Below are positions 38,086 through 49,568 of a stretch of 64,000 nt of DNA, piece by piece. The stretch covers positions 32,001-96,000 of the forward strand of contig JBJOMY010000005.1 in assembly GCA_046052125.1 (NCBI GenBank), read 5' to 3'. Source of the DNA: Cyanobacteriota bacterium (lineage in GTDB: Bacteria > Cyanobacteriota > Cyanobacteriia > PCC-6307 > Cyanobiaceae). The notes under the pieces were generated by a model that made no database searches, was not told the origin of the DNA, and was given only the letters and a program-made list of their open reading frames with translations. The position numbers and the translations under genes are program-made. Every line of letters begins with the position of its first letter. Within the stretch, counting starts at the first letter, position 1.

Positions 38086-39201
38086 TCAGCGGCCCTGGAG
38101 GAAGCGGCGGCTGACCTCCACAATCCGCTGGCTCGCCTGGCCATCACCGAAGGGGTTGTGGGCCCGGGCCATCGCCTCGTAGGCCTCCTGGCTCTCCAAC
38201 AGCTGAGCGGTTTCCCGCAGGATGTCGGCGCTGTCAGTACCGATCAACTTCGCGGTGCCGGCATCCACCGCTTCAGGACGCTCGGTGGTGCGGCGCAGCA
38301 CCAACACCGGCTTGCCGAGGGCCGGGGCCTCCTCCTGCAAACCACCGGAGTCGCTCAGCAACAACGTGCAGCCGCGCATGGCGGCCACGAGCTGGTCGTA
38401 ATCAAGCGGTTCAGTGAGGAAGGCCCGCGGGTGATCCCCCAGCAAGGCCTGCAGCGGTTCGCGCACGGTGGGGTTGCGATGGAGCGGCAGCAGCAGAGCG
38501 GTATCCGGGAAACGCTCCAGCACCTCCAGGAAGCCCTGGCCGATGTCATGGAGCCGCTCGCCCCAGTTTTCGCGGCGGTGCACGGTGGCGAGGATCACGC
38601 GCTGTCGCTCGAAATCCAGGCCCGGCAACACAAACGGAGGGGCCTTCTCGGCCATCAGCAACAGCGCATCGATCACGGTGTTGCCGGTAACGCACACCTC
38701 ACCCACCACGCCTGAAGCGCGGCAATTGGCCGCCGACACCTCGGTGGGGGCGAAATGGAGCTGGGCCACCTGGGAGATCAGGCGACGATTCGCCTCCTCC
38801 GGATAGGGATCCATGATGTTGTCGGTGCGCAGCCCAGCCTCCACGTGGCCCACGGGGACTTGCGCATAAAAGGCCGCCAGCGCTGAGGCGAAGGCCGTGG
38901 TGGTGTCGCCCTGCACCAGCACCAAATCGGGGCGGTGCTGTTCAAATTCAGCCTGCAATCCCTGCAGGGCGCCGCAGGTGATGTGGGTGAGGGTTTGCTT
39001 CGGCGCCATCAGCGCCAGATCGTGATCGGCCTGCAGGCCGAACAGCTCCATCACCTGCGCCACCATCTCGCGGTGCTGGCCGGTGAGCACCACGCGGGTG
39101 TTGAACTCAGGCGCCGCCTGAAAGGCCTGAATCACCGGCGCCAGCTTGATGGCCTCCGGGCGCGTGCCCAGCACGATGCAGACGTTGTGGGAGGTGCTCA
39201 C
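38086..39201 (-). CDS. wecB: non-hydrolysing UDP-GlcNAc 2-epimerase
   Basis: GTRPEAIK, QGDTTT, HVEAGLR, DSGGLQEEAP, TERPE. Confidence 0.95.
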   Translation of the reverse strand: MSTSHNVCIVLGTRPEAIKLAPVIQAFQAAPEFNTRVVLTGQHREMVAQVMELFGLQADHDLALMAPKQTLTHITCGALQGLQAEFEQHRPDLVLVQGDTTTAFASALAAFYAQVPVGHVEAGLRTDNIMDPYPEEANRRLISQVAQLHFAPTEVSAANCRASGVVGEVCVTGNTVIDALLLMAEKAPPFVLPGLDFERQRVILATVHRRENWGERLHDIGQGFLEVLERFPDTALLLPLHRNPTVREPLQALLGDHPRAFLTEPLDYDQLVAAMRGCTLLLSDSGGLQEEAPALGKPVLVLRRTTERPEAVDAGTAKLIGTDSADILRETAQLLESQEAYEAMARAHNPFGDGQASQRIVEVSRRFLQGR

Positions 39202-39299
39202 GGAGGGCCGCCATTCAGCCGGATCTTAAAGATGGCGGCTGGATTGGCTGGCCAGAGCCTGGTTCAGCCGCAAAGCTGGAAGCAGCCGGCCGGCCAGCG

Positions 39300-40481
39300 G
39301 TGACCAGCAGTTCCCCCTTCCCCAGCAATCTGTTTCCCCTGCCACCACAGCCCATGGCAGCGGCCGCAGTGGCAACCACGCCCGCACCCGCCCGTAGCGA
39401 AGGCGCCCTGCAAGGCGAACAGCCCGGCAGCCTGGCCGGGATCGTGAAGATCGCCGACAGTAACGGCTTCTCCGATGTGCACCTGGGGGTGGGCGAAGAG
39501 CCCCGCTACCGGGCCCGCGGCGAGATGGTGCGCAGCGGCTGGCCGATCACCGATGCCGCCACCTTCAACGGCTGGCTGCGGGAGATGCTCAGCCCGGCGC
39601 AGATCGATGCCTTCCTGCGCGATAAGGAATTCGACGGCTCCCACGCCTTCCCGTTTGTGCGGGTGCGCATCAACCTGCTCGATTCGCTGCGGGGCCCGGC
39701 GATGGTGCTGCGCCTGATCCCGCAGACCATCGCCAGCCTGGAGGATCTGAACCTGCCGCCGGTGCTGCGGGAGCTGGCATCAAGGCCGAAAGGGCTGGTG
39801 CTGATCACCGGCCCCACGGGCTCGGGCAAGAGCACGACCCTCGCCGCGATGATCGATTGGATTAATCGCAACCGCAGCTGCCACATCCTCACGATTGAGG
39901 ATCCGGTGGAATTCGTGCACCAGAGCCAGCGGTCACTGATCCGCCACCGCGAGGTAGGGCAGCACACGCTTCAGTTCCACCATGCCCTGCGGGCAGCCCT
40001 GCGCGAAGACCCCGACGTGATCCTGATCGGGGAGATCCGCGACGGTGAAACGCTCGCCACGGCGATCGAAGCCTCCCAGACCGGGCACCTGGTGTTCGGA
40101 ACCCTCCACACCAATTCAGCCGTGAAAACGGTGGAGCGGGTGCTGGGCATGGTGCCCCCCAGCGAGCAGGAGAGCATCCGCAGAGCTGTCTCCGAAAGCC
40201 TGCTGGGCGTGGTAGCGCAGGGCCTGCTCAAAACCACCGACGGCAAACGGGCCGCCTTTCACGACATCTTGATCAACACCGACGCCTGCAAGGACTACAT
40301 CCAGCGCGGTGAACTGGCCGAGATTGAAGAAATCATGGCCCGCAGTGGCTTCGATGGCATGCAAACGGCCAACCAGGCACTGCTGGCTCTGGTGGAGGAA
40401 GGCCGCGTGAGTGCCGACGATGCCCTGGCGCAAAGCCTCAGGGCCAATGAACTGGCCCAAGCGCTGCGCGGCAAGGCTTAA
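39300..40481 (+). CDS. pilT: type IV pilus retraction ATPase (PilT/PilU family)
   Basis: GPTGSGKS, TIEDPVE, LREDPDVILIGEIRD, TGHLVFGTLH. Confidence 0.9.
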   Translation: MTSSSPFPSNLFPLPPQPMAAAAVATTPAPARSEGALQGEQPGSLAGIVKIADSNGFSDVHLGVGEEPRYRARGEMVRSGWPITDAATFNGWLREMLSPAQIDAFLRDKEFDGSHAFPFVRVRINLLDSLRGPAMVLRLIPQTIASLEDLNLPPVLRELASRPKGLVLITGPTGSGKSTTLAAMIDWINRNRSCHILTIEDPVEFVHQSQRSLIRHREVGQHTLQFHHALRAALREDPDVILIGEIRDGETLATAIEASQTGHLVFGTLHTNSAVKTVERVLGMVPPSEQESIRRAVSESLLGVVAQGLLKTTDGKRAAFHDILINTDACKDYIQRGELAEIEEIMARSGFDGMQTANQALLALVEEGRVSADDALAQSLRANELAQALRGKA

Positions 40482-40672
40482 GCCTTGCCGGCGATGCGCG
40501 CGATCAACAGCACACTCAGACCCACCGACAGGCCGAGCATCGCCATGCGGCCGTTCCAGATCTCCGCCTGAGGGGTGAAGCCGCGCTTCCACTGGTTGAG
40601 CTCCTCAGGAGCAGCTTCCACCACGTTGTCGATCACTTCGGTGGGCTCCGGTGCCGGGTGAGCCATGGCCAT
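40478..40672 (-). CDS. hli: high-light-inducible protein
   Basis: GFTPQAEIWNGRMAMLG chlorophyll-binding motif. Confidence 0.9.
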   Translation of the reverse strand: MAMAHPAPEPTEVIDNVVEAAPEELNQWKRGFTPQAEIWNGRMAMLGLSVGLSVLLIARIAGKA

Positions 40673-40707
40673 GGCTGATGCCAGTGAGTCTCAGGAGCCT
40701 ACTGAGA

Positions 40708-41775
40708 TCAAAAGGCGGCTTGCGGTTCATAGAGCACAGGTGCCGCTTCCAGCGCCAGCCGCGGCGCCACGGCCAGATCGATCGGACTGCTCGCCCCAGC
40801 CAGCCAGCGCTGTTCAGCAGCAACGCCGATCATCGCGGCGTTGTCGGTGCAGTAGGCCAGCGGCGCCAGCCGCCACTGCAGTCCCAGCTGCGAGCAGCGC
40901 TGCTCGAGGCGCTGGCGGAGCCGCCGGTTAGCCGCCACGCCACCCACCATCACGAGGGTGTTCAACCCCTGGTCGCGAGCACAGCGCATGGTGCGGTCCA
41001 CCAGCACCTCAGCCACCACCTGCTCGAAACTCGCCGCCACATCCGCCAGGGGGAACGGTTCACCGCTCTCGGCGGATTGCGCCTTCAGCTGATTCACCAA
41101 GCGCAACACGGCGGTTTTCAATCCACTGAAGCTGAAGTCGTAGGGGTGAAAGCCACCTTCAGGCAGGGACACTCGCCCCTTCGGCAACGCGAAGCGCTGG
41201 GGATCACCGTGTTCAGCAGCGGCCTGAATCGCAGGGCCGCCGGGATAACCGAGCTCCAACAGGCGTGCCACTTTGTCGAAGGCTTCACCGGCAGCGTCAT
41301 CGCGGCTGCGGGCCAGCCGCTGGTAGCGGCCCGGGCCGTCAACGCGAATCATTTCGGTGTGGCCACCACTCACCAGCAGCACCAGATAGGGGCCTTCCGG
41401 CAAGGGGTCCCCCAGCTGCACGGAACACAAATGTCCTTCGAGGTGGTGCACCCCGAGAAACGGCTTGTGATGCAGCCGCGCCAGGCTGCGGCCGGTGATC
41501 GAACCCACCAGCAGCGCACCCACCAAGCCCGGTGCGGCCGTCGCGGCAATGGCATCGAGATCGGCGAAGCGAACGCCGCTCTCCTCCATCACCTGCTCGA
41601 TCAGCCCGGGAAGGGCTTCCACGTGGCGGCGTGAAGCGATCTCCGGAACCACTCCACCCCAGCGCGCATGCTCCTCCACCTGGGAGGCCACGGCGCTCGC
41701 CAGCACCCGCTGATCGCGCACCACAGCAGCCGCTGACTCGTCACAACTTGTTTCGAGCGCCAGCAGGGTTGGCAT
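40708..41775 (-). CDS. tsaD: tRNA threonylcarbamoyltransferase
   Basis: [34 protein letters not shown]. Confidence 0.96.
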   Translation of the reverse strand: MPTLLALETSCDESAAAVVRDQRVLASAVASQVEEHARWGGVVPEIASRRHVEALPGLIEQVMEESGVRFADLDAIAATAAPGLVGALLVGSITGRSLARLHHKPFLGVHHLEGHLCSVQLGDPLPEGPYLVLLVSGGHTEMIRVDGPGRYQRLARSRDDAAGEAFDKVARLLELGYPGGPAIQAAAEHGDPQRFALPKGRVSLPEGGFHPYDFSFSGLKTAVLRLVNQLKAQSAESGEPFPLADVAASFEQVVAEVLVDRTMRCARDQGLNTLVMVGGVAANRRLRQRLEQRCSQLGLQWRLAPLAYCTDNAAMIGVAAEQRWLAGASSPIDLAVAPRLALEAAPVLYEPQAAF

Positions 41776-41837
41776 CAGCTTTGAAGGCCCCTCGTACTGT
41801 CCGTAAGTGACATCCTGCCGTGCAGCAGCTGGACCCG

Positions 41838-42317
41838 ATGCGCCGCCTCTTTGCTGTTCTGATTTCTGCCCTGCTGATCTTCGGCTTCGCCCCCGTGGCC
41901 AAAGCCGATGTGGCCGGTCTGACCCCCTGCGCTGAGAGCGCCCGCTTCCAGCAGCGCGCCGCCGCTGCCACCACCGACCAGGCCAAGGCTCGCTTTGCGA
42001 TGTACAGCCAGGCCTCCTGTGGTGCTGATGGCCTGCCCCACCTGATCGTGGATGGCCGCCTGAGCCACGCCGGTGACTTCATCATTCCCGGCATCGCCTT
42101 CCTCTACATCGCCGGTTGCATCGGCTGGGCTGGCCGCAACTACCTGATGGCGATCCGTGGCGATAAGGATGCCGCCATGAAGGAAATCCAGATCGATCTG
42201 TCTCTGGCCTTCAAGAGCACCCTGGCTGCTGCCACCTGGCCCCTGGCCGCCTTCGGCGCCCTCACCAGCGGCAAGCTCACCGAGTCTGACGACAAGATCA
42301 CCGTTTCCCCCCGCTGA
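41838..42317 (+). CDS. psaF: photosystem I subunit III
   Basis: [36 protein letters not shown]. Confidence 0.97.
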   Translation: MRRLFAVLISALLIFGFAPVAKADVAGLTPCAESARFQQRAAAATTDQAKARFAMYSQASCGADGLPHLIVDGRLSHAGDFIIPGIAFLYIAGCIGWAGRNYLMAIRGDKDAAMKEIQIDLSLAFKSTLAAATWPLAAFGALTSGKLTESDDKITVSPR

Positions 42318-42364
42318 TCAGGCTCCGGCCTTTTTTCTCCGCTCCATCCCCCTTTCACCCAGCG

Positions 42365-42481
42365 ATGAAAAAGTTCCTCACCACAGCTCCGGTGTTCGCC
42401 GCCATCTGGTTCACCGTGACCGCCGGCATCCTGATCGAATTCAACCGCTTCTATCCGGATCTGCTGTTCCACCCGATGTGA
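42365..42481 (+). CDS. psaJ: photosystem I subunit IX
   Basis: Read directly (below ORF-track cutoff): [38 protein letters not shown]. Confidence 0.96.
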   Translation: MKKFLTTAPVFAAIWFTVTAGILIEFNRFYPDLLFHPM

Positions 42482-42504
42482 GTTGCGCATCGGCAATCAC
42501 CCCT

Positions 42505-42530
42505 AAGCGGCCCAAAAGGGCCGCTTTTTT
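42505..42530 (+). terminator. rho-independent terminator after psaFJ
   Basis: AAGCGGCCC-aaaa-GGGCCGCTT followed by a T run. Confidence 0.85.
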
Positions 42531-42534
42531 GTGT

Positions 42535-43104
42535 TCAGTCCAGGCCCATCAAGCGCTCAAGCTCAGCCAGGGCGGTGTCGAGATCGTCATTCACTAGGGC
42601 CGCATCGAATTCAGCCTCGGCCGCTAGCTCCACCCGGGCGCGCTCGAGGCGGCGCCCAATCGCCTCCTCGCTGTCGGTGCCGCGGCCACGGATGCGCCGC
42701 TCCAGCTCTTCAAACGACGGCGGCTTGATGAAAATCTGAAAGCCGCTGGGGAAGCTCTTGCGCACCTGGCGTGCACCTTCCAGCTCGATCTCCAGCAGCA
42801 CCGGACGGCCGACAGCCAGCTGTTGCTCCACCGGATCCCTCGGGGTGCCGTAGCAATTGCCGGCGAACTCAGCCCACTCGAGCAACCCACCCTGGGCCAC
42901 CTTGGCTTCAAACGCTGAACGATCGAGGAAGAAATAGTGCTGCCCCTCGCACTCGCCGCTGCGGGGGGCACGGGTGGTGGCCGAGATCGATAGCCAGATC
43001 TGCGGGTGCCGCTGCAACAACGCCGCCACCAGGGTGCCTTTGCCCACCCCACTGGGACCAGTGATCAGAAACAGCCGGCCGCTGCTGGGAGCCTCGGCAA
43101 CCAT
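42535..43104 (-). CDS. gmk: guanylate kinase
   Basis: [21 protein letters not shown]. Confidence 0.96.
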   Translation of the reverse strand: MVAEAPSSGRLFLITGPSGVGKGTLVAALLQRHPQIWLSISATTRAPRSGECEGQHYFFLDRSAFEAKVAQGGLLEWAEFAGNCYGTPRDPVEQQLAVGRPVLLEIELEGARQVRKSFPSGFQIFIKPPSFEELERRIRGRGTDSEEAIGRRLERARVELAAEAEFDAALVNDDLDTALAELERLMGLD

Positions 43105-43164
43105 CGTGGATCGAGCGCGGCCCTGCAGAGTAGATGTGCCGCCGCTGCCGTTCTGCGCCCGCCC

Positions 43165-44904
43165 ATGGCCCCTGTGTCACTCCAGGCCATGGACCTCACC
43201 AGCCTGCGGGCGGTGGTGACGGAACTCAAGCCGCTGCTGCTGCCGAGCCGCTTTGAAAAGGCCCAGCAGGCTGATGGCCACACCCTGCAGCTGGGCTTTC
43301 GCACCCTGGAGCAACGGCTCTGGCTGGAACTCAGCTGGCAGGCGGAGGCACCGCGGCTGCATGCCATCGAGCCTCCCCCACGCCAGGGGGAAGGCAGCAC
43401 CCTGGCGCAGCAGTTGCAGCACGGCCTGAGTGGCCTGGCGCTGGTGTTCCTGGAGCAAGCCGCCTGGGAACGGGTGGTGGAGCTCGGCTTCGCCCCCCGC
43501 CCCGGCGAGGCAATCCAGCGCTGGCTGGTGCTGGAGCTGATGAGCCGCCATAGCAATCTGTTTCTGCTGGATGAGCAGCGCCGGGTGGTGGCCGCGGCCC
43601 GCCAGGTGCGCCAGCAGCAATCGCGGCTCCGGCCGATTGGCACCGGCGATCCCTACAGCCCGCCCCCACCCCTGAGCGGCCAGCCCCCCAGCCGCCAGGA
43701 GAGCTTTGCCAGCTGGCAACGGCAGCTGAGCCTGCTGCCGTTGCCGTTGCAGAAGGCGTTGCAGAGCGCCTACCAGGGAATCAGCCCGGCTCTGGCCCTG
43801 CAGCTGGCGGGCGATCAACCCGAGGCAAGCGCCGCTCTACTGGCGCAACACACCGACAGCCTCAGCCCTACGCAATGGCAGGAGCTGTGGCAGCGCTGGC
43901 AGGCCTGGCTCGCAGCAATCGAGAGCGAGGCCTTTGTGTTCAGCCCAGGCCGCAGCTGCACCTATCGCTGCTGGCAGGAGAACCCTTCCTCTACTCCCCA
44001 GCCCGCTGCCACCGCGCCGCTGCCGATCAATCGAGCCTTAGCGGCCTATCACCACGAACGCCTTGGCCAACGGCTGGTGCAGCAGCGGCAACACCAGCTG
44101 CGGCAGCGGCTCGAGCAGCAGCTGCAGCGGGAGCGCAGCCAGATGGAGCACCAGCAGCACTTGCTCGATCAGGTGGAGAACAGTGATCAACTGCAGCAGC
44201 AGGCCGATGCGCTGCTCTGCCTGCCCCAGCCCAGCCGCGAGCAGGTGGCGGAGGCGCAGGGGCTTTACAAGCGGGCCCGCAAACTGCGGCGCTCCGTGGC
44301 CGCCATCACCCCGCGGCTCGAGCAGCACCAGCAGCGGATCGAACAGCTCGAAGCCAGCCTCACCTACCTGGAGCAAGGACCCGAGCACAACAGCAGCGCT
44401 GCGCTTGATCACCTGCACACCCTCGAAGAGGAGTGCTGCACCCTGCTGGAGCTCGCCCGCCCCGGCCGTGCCCAGCGCAGGCAGCTCGAGAGTGCAGCCC
44501 CCTCCCCTCTCGAACTCCACAGTCCCGGGGGGCTGCGCCTGCAGGTGGGCCGCAACCATCGCCAGAACGAATGGATCAGCCTGCGGCAGGCCCGCCGCGG
44601 CGATCTCTGGTTCCACGCCCAGGAATGCCCGGGCAGCCACGTGGTGCTGAAGGGCTCAGAAGGCCTCAGCGGTGAGCAAGACCTCCAAGCGGCCGCTGAC
44701 CTGGCCGCCCACTTCAGCCGCGCCCGGGGCAATCAGCGCGTGGCGGTGGTGATGGTGCCCTGCGATGAACTCCAGCGCATCCCCGGCGCCGGCCCAGGCA
44801 CCGTGCGCCATCGCGGTGGCGAAGTGATCTGGGCCGAACCGAGCCGCGGCGCAGCGCTGCTGGTGGCAGCGGCCCCTAGCCTCTCCGGGGAGCAAGAGCC
44901 ATGA
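43165..44904 (+). CDS. NFACT / RqcH-FbpA family protein
   Basis: [35 protein letters not shown]; start ATG 43165 or 43189. Confidence 0.9.
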   Translation: MAPVSLQAMDLTSLRAVVTELKPLLLPSRFEKAQQADGHTLQLGFRTLEQRLWLELSWQAEAPRLHAIEPPPRQGEGSTLAQQLQHGLSGLALVFLEQAAWERVVELGFAPRPGEAIQRWLVLELMSRHSNLFLLDEQRRVVAAARQVRQQQSRLRPIGTGDPYSPPPPLSGQPPSRQESFASWQRQLSLLPLPLQKALQSAYQGISPALALQLAGDQPEASAALLAQHTDSLSPTQWQELWQRWQAWLAAIESEAFVFSPGRSCTYRCWQENPSSTPQPAATAPLPINRALAAYHHERLGQRLVQQRQHQLRQRLEQQLQRERSQMEHQQHLLDQVENSDQLQQQADALLCLPQPSREQVAEAQGLYKRARKLRRSVAAITPRLEQHQQRIEQLEASLTYLEQGPEHNSSAALDHLHTLEEECCTLLELARPGRAQRRQLESAAPSPLELHSPGGLRLQVGRNHRQNEWISLRQARRGDLWFHAQECPGSHVVLKGSEGLSGEQDLQAAADLAAHFSRARGNQRVAVVMVPCDELQRIPGAGPGTVRHRGGEVIWAEPSRGAALLVAAAPSLSGEQEP

Positions 44905-45722
44905 GCGAGAGCAACACCCTGCCTGACGGCAACACCGTGTTGCCTGCCCCGGAACCGATCCGCGTCAACCTCAGCCAAGACAGCGCCAGCGAGCCCAGCC
45001 ACCCGGACGATCAGTTCCCGGCTGAGGTGGAGATGACGCTGGTGGATCACCTGGAGGAACTGCGCCGGCGCATCCTGCGCAGCCTGGTGGCGGTGGTGGT
45101 TGGAGCGGCCGGCTGCCTGCTGCTGGTGAAACCGCTGGTGCGGCTGCTGGAGGTGCCCGCCAAGGGGATTCATTTCCTGCAGCTGGCCCCAGGCGAATTC
45201 CTGTTCGTGTCGCTGAAGGTGGCGGGGTATTCCGGCCTCACCCTGGCGCTGCCCTACGTGCTCTACGAGGGCTTGGCTTTCGTGCTGCCTGGCCTCACCA
45301 GGCGCGAGCAGCGACTGGTGGCACCGGCGGTGGGTGGCTCGGCGGTGCTGTTTCTGGCGGGCCTGGCCTTTGCCTGGTGGGCGCTTGTGCCCGCCGCACT
45401 CAACTTCCTGGTGAGCTACGGCGCCGATGTGGTGGAGCCGCTCTGGTCGATCGAGCGCTACCTGGATTTCGTGCTGCTGCTGATGGTGGCCACGGCTTTG
45501 GCCTTTCAGTTGCCGGTGCTCCAGATGCTGCTGGCGGCGCTTGGCATCGTGCGAGCCCAAACCATGCTCAATGCCTGGCGCTTTGTGGTGGTGGCCTCCG
45601 CCCTGGCCGGGGCGGTGCTCACCCCCTCCACCGATCCGGTCACGATGCTGCTGCTTAGCGGTGCCATCACAAGCCTCTACCTCGTTGGGGTGGGCCTGGC
45701 GCGGCTGGTGCAGCGCCCCTAG
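44901..45722 (+). CDS. tatC: twin-arginine translocase subunit
   Basis: DHLEELRRR, FVLPGL, FQLP, TPSTDP. Confidence 0.96.
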   Translation: MSESNTLPDGNTVLPAPEPIRVNLSQDSASEPSHPDDQFPAEVEMTLVDHLEELRRRILRSLVAVVVGAAGCLLLVKPLVRLLEVPAKGIHFLQLAPGEFLFVSLKVAGYSGLTLALPYVLYEGLAFVLPGLTRREQRLVAPAVGGSAVLFLAGLAFAWWALVPAALNFLVSYGADVVEPLWSIERYLDFVLLLMVATALAFQLPVLQMLLAALGIVRAQTMLNAWRFVVVASALAGAVLTPSTDPVTMLLLSGAITSLYLVGVGLARLVQRP

Positions 45723-46078
45723 ATCAGAAATTCGCTGGCCCGGCCCTCAGGCAATTCGAGCGGCAGGGTCATCGCCTTGCCCAGCCGGGGCTTATCGGTG
45801 GTGGTGCTGAGCCAGCTGCGCACCTGCTCCGTCACCCCCAAACCATTGAGATTCGCCACCAGCTCATCGAGCTTCTTGCCGTATTCCTCGCTCGTCATCG
45901 GGAACGACTGCTGCTCGAGGTAGCCCCACATCACCTGGAGATAGAGACGGCCGCGGCGCACGATCAACTGCAGGTCGTAGGAGGCCTGCCAGCGCTGGCG
46001 CAGGATCTGGAGGATCTCAGCGCTGCTGAGCGGAGCGTCGGACGGCAGGGTCACGAAGGATGGGGCGCGCAACAGCAT
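45719..46078 (-). CDS. DUF3067 family protein
   Basis: RWQASYDLQL, YLQVMWGYLEQQSFP, PRLGKA; start uncertain. Confidence 0.8.
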   Translation of the reverse strand: MLLRAPSFVTLPSDAPLSSAEILQILRQRWQASYDLQLIVRRGRLYLQVMWGYLEQQSFPMTSEEYGKKLDELVANLNGLGVTEQVRSWLSTTTDKPRLGKAMTLPLELPEGRASEFLI

Positions 46079-46176
46079 GTTGCAGGCTGCCGGCTCCAGC
46101 CCGGTTCTGCCAACGGGAGCCGGAGGGGCAACGTCCATAATGGGCGCCACGTTGCAGTGGCCCTCTAGCCGCCCGT

Positions 46177-46725
46177 ATGACCCAGATCCCAGCAAGCGCC
46201 TCGAGTGGTGACGTGCCCGGAATGGGTCGTCGTCAGTTCATGAATCTGTTGACCTTCGGGTCGGTCACCGGCGTTGCGCTGGGCGCCCTTTACCCGGTGG
46301 TGAACTACTTCATCCCCCCCAAGGCTGCTGGATCCGGTGGCGGCACCGCCGCCAAGGATGAGCTCGGCAACAGCGTGACCGCCAGTGGCTGGCTCAGCAG
46401 CCACCGTGAAGGGGACCGCAACCTGGTGCAGGGACTCAAGGGTGATCCCACCTATCTGATCGTTGAAGGCAGCGATGCCATCGGCAGTTACGGCATCAAC
46501 GCCATCTGCACCCACCTGGGTTGCGTGGTGCCCTGGAACGCGGCGGCCAACAAGTTCATGTGCCCCTGCCACGGCTCGCAGTACGACTCCACCGGCAAGG
46601 TGGTGCGCGGCCCTGCCCCCCTGTCCCTGGCTCTGGCTCACGTGTCGGTTGAGAACGACAACGTGTTCCTGAGCCAGTGGACCGAAACCGATTTCCGCAC
46701 CGGCGAGAAGCCCTGGTGGGTCTGA
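46177..46725 (+). CDS. petC: cytochrome b6f Rieske protein
   Basis: GRRQFMN Tat motif, [14 protein letters not shown]. Confidence 0.97.
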   Translation: MTQIPASASSGDVPGMGRRQFMNLLTFGSVTGVALGALYPVVNYFIPPKAAGSGGGTAAKDELGNSVTASGWLSSHREGDRNLVQGLKGDPTYLIVEGSDAIGSYGINAICTHLGCVVPWNAAANKFMCPCHGSQYDSTGKVVRGPAPLSLALAHVSVENDNVFLSQWTETDFRTGEKPWWV

Positions 46726-46763
46726 TCTCCTCCCCAGCCGTCTCCCCCTCGCCTCTCCGCCCC

Positions 46764-47696
46764 ATGCGTCGCCCCTTCTCTCTGCTGCTGAGCTCGCTGC
46801 TGGTCCTCGGCGCCTTGCTCTTCGCTCCCCAGGCCAGCTGGGCCTATCCGTTCTGGGCTCAACAGAACTACGACTACCCGCGCGAAGCCACTGGCAAGCT
46901 GGCCTGCGCCAACTGCCACCTGGCCAAGAAGCCCACCCACGTGGAACTGCCCCAGGCCGTGTTCCCCGATGAGGTGTTCAAGGTGGAAGTGGAGATCCCC
47001 TATGACACCAAGGTTCAGCAGGTAGCTGGCGATGGCAGCCCCACCGGCCTCAACGTGGGTGCCGTGGTGATGCTCCCCGATGGCTTCACCCTCGCTCCGG
47101 CTGATCGCCTCACCGACGAGCTCAAAGAAGAGACCGCCGGTGTGTATGTGACCACCTGGAACGACGAGAACCCCAACATCCTGCTGGTGGGTCCTCTGCC
47201 CGGCGACGATCACCAGAAGATCGTGTTCCCGATCCTCTCCCCTGATCCCGCAGCCGACAGCAGCATCCACTTCGGCAAATACCAGCTGCACGTGGGCGGC
47301 AACCGTGGCCGCGGCCAGGTGTATCCCACCGGTGAGAAGAGCAACAACGGCGTGTTCACTGCCCCCGCTGCCGGCACCGTTGATGCGATCAACGCTGGCG
47401 ACAACGGCGCCTCCAACGTGGTGATCAAAACGGCCGACGGCAACACCGTGACCGAGACGATCCCCGCTGGTCCGAGCGTGATCGCCAAGGTGGGTGATGT
47501 GGTGGCAGCGGGCGCCGCCCTCACCAACGATCCGAACGTGGGTGGCTTCGGCCAGCTAGATGCCGAGGTGGTGCTTCAGAACCCCAACCGCATCTACGGA
47601 CTGCTGGCGTTCTTCGCTGCTGTGTCGCTCGCCCAGATCATGCTGGTGCTGAAGAAGAAGCAGGTAGAAAAGGTGCAGGCTGCCGAAGGCATCTGA
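46764..47696 (+). CDS. petA: apocytochrome f
   Basis: [31 protein letters not shown]. Confidence 0.97.
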   Translation: MRRPFSLLLSSLLVLGALLFAPQASWAYPFWAQQNYDYPREATGKLACANCHLAKKPTHVELPQAVFPDEVFKVEVEIPYDTKVQQVAGDGSPTGLNVGAVVMLPDGFTLAPADRLTDELKEETAGVYVTTWNDENPNILLVGPLPGDDHQKIVFPILSPDPAADSSIHFGKYQLHVGGNRGRGQVYPTGEKSNNGVFTAPAAGTVDAINAGDNGASNVVIKTADGNTVTETIPAGPSVIAKVGDVVAAGAALTNDPNVGGFGQLDAEVVLQNPNRIYGLLAFFAAVSLAQIMLVLKKKQVEKVQAAEGI

Positions 47697-48550
47697 TGCC
47701 CCTCGCTTTGTTCACCTCACCGGGGCCCTTGCTTTTTGAGCTGGGGCCCTTTTCGTTGCGTTGGTATGGGCTGCTGATCGCGGTCGCTGTGCTGCTGGGC
47801 CTGTTTCTCGCCACACGCCTCGGCAAACAGCGAGGGATTGAGCCGGCTCTGATCGCTGATCTGCTGCCGATCCTGGTGTTGGCCGCCGTGATCGGTGCTC
47901 GGCTCTACTACGTGACGTTTGAGTGGCGGCAGTATCAGCTCAATTGGCTGGATGCCCTGGCGATCTGGCGTGGTGGCATCGCCATCCACGGGGCGCTGAT
48001 CGGCGGAACCGTGGCGGTGATCCTCTACAGCCGCTGGCGCCGCATCGCCTTCTGGAATCTGCTGGATGTGCTTCTGCCCTCAGTGGCGCTGGGCCAGGCC
48101 ATCGGCCGCTGGGGCAACTTCTTCAACTCGGAAGCCTTCGGACTCCCCACCGATCTGCCCTGGAAGCTCACGATTCCCTTTGCCAACCGGCCCGTGGAAT
48201 TTCTCGATCAAAGCGGCTTCCACCCCACCTTTCTCTACGAATCGCTCTGGAATCTCGGCGTTCTGGCCCTGTTGCTCGTGCTGTTCGAGCGGGGTGTTCG
48301 GGGCAAGATCAAGTTGCCGACCGGGGCGATCAGCTGCACCTACCTGGTGGCTTACAGCACGGGCCGCCTCTGGATTGAGGGGCTGCGGATCGATCCCCTC
48401 TGCCTGGTGGGCACCCCGCCGGACTGCGCTGGTGGATTACGCATGGCCCAGCTGGTGAGCCTGGTGTTGATTGGCATCGGCGCTCTGGGCCTTTACTGGC
48501 TGTATGGCCGGCGTCAGCCGCTGCCCGATCCCAGCGGAGTGAAGGCATGA
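47696..48550 (+). CDS. lgt: prolipoprotein diacylglyceryl transferase
   Basis: [27 protein letters not shown]. Confidence 0.96.
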   Translation: MPLALFTSPGPLLFELGPFSLRWYGLLIAVAVLLGLFLATRLGKQRGIEPALIADLLPILVLAAVIGARLYYVTFEWRQYQLNWLDALAIWRGGIAIHGALIGGTVAVILYSRWRRIAFWNLLDVLLPSVALGQAIGRWGNFFNSEAFGLPTDLPWKLTIPFANRPVEFLDQSGFHPTFLYESLWNLGVLALLLVLFERGVRGKIKLPTGAISCTYLVAYSTGRLWIEGLRIDPLCLVGTPPDCAGGLRMAQLVSLVLIGIGALGLYWLYGRRQPLPDPSGVKA

Positions 48551-49308
48551 GCGGCAAGGTGTGGATCGTTGGAGCAGGCCCGGGCGCACCCGACCTGCTC
48601 ACGCTTCGGGCTGCACGAACGATTGAACAGGCCGAGGTCTTGATCTGGACCGACTCGCTGGTGAACCCCCAGCTGGCGGCGATGGCACCCGAGGGCTGCG
48701 AACGGATCCGCACCAGCACCCTCACCCTCGAAGAGGTGATGGCGCTGATGCTGGAGCGGGCCGCCGCCGGAAAGCGAGTGGTGCGTCTGCACGACGGCGA
48801 CACCTGCCTCTACAGCGCTCTGCATGAGCAGCTCTGCCGTCTGCTCGATGCAGACGTTGAGGTGGAGGTAGTGCCGGGCCTGAGCGCGTATCAGGCCACC
48901 GCCGCGGCCCTTCAGGCTGAACTGACCATCCCTGGCCTGGTGCAGACGATCGTGCTTAGCCGGGCCGGCGGCCGCACCGGCGTACCTGAACGAGAAGAAC
49001 TGGCATCGCTGGCGGCACTGCAGGCATCGCTTTGCCTGTATCTCAGCGCTCGCCATGTGGAAGACGTACAGGCCGAGCTGCTGCTGCACTACCCCGCCGA
49101 CACCCCCGTGGCGATCGGCTACCGCGTGAGCTGGCCCGATCAATGGATTCAGGTGGTTCCACTCGCAGACATGGCTCGCGTGAGCCAGGAGCGGGAGCTG
49201 ATCCGCACCACGCTGTACATGGTGAGCCCAGCGCTGGCACCACCGGGAGAAGCGCGTTCACGCCTCTACTCAGCCAGCCACAACCACCTGTTCCGCGGCG
49301 GCGCCTGA
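48547..49308 (+). CDS. cobM: precorrin-4 C11-methyltransferase
   Basis: [27 protein letters not shown]. Confidence 0.92.
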   Translation: MSGKVWIVGAGPGAPDLLTLRAARTIEQAEVLIWTDSLVNPQLAAMAPEGCERIRTSTLTLEEVMALMLERAAAGKRVVRLHDGDTCLYSALHEQLCRLLDADVEVEVVPGLSAYQATAAALQAELTIPGLVQTIVLSRAGGRTGVPEREELASLAALQASLCLYLSARHVEDVQAELLLHYPADTPVAIGYRVSWPDQWIQVVPLADMARVSQERELIRTTLYMVSPALAPPGEARSRLYSASHNHLFRGGA

Positions 49309-49365
49309 TCCAGAGCCGGAACGGTGATGCTCTAAAGTCAAGAGGCGCGAGCGATCAGCGCAAAC

Positions 49366-49437
<72 letters not shown>

Positions 49438-49568
49438 TTGATTTCATCTCTTTTGAGATAAACACCAGCGACCAGAACGCTGGCACTTCAATTTTCAGCA
49501 TCTGCCTAGCGATCAGCGGGAATTAGGTCAAAATGGCCGCAAATAAATAGCTCTCTGAAGACCCCCCA

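Noticed and set aside
49465..49475. 11-mer ACCAGCGACCA shared with 33540-33550
   Set aside because: Many 11-mer matches are expected by chance in 64 kb
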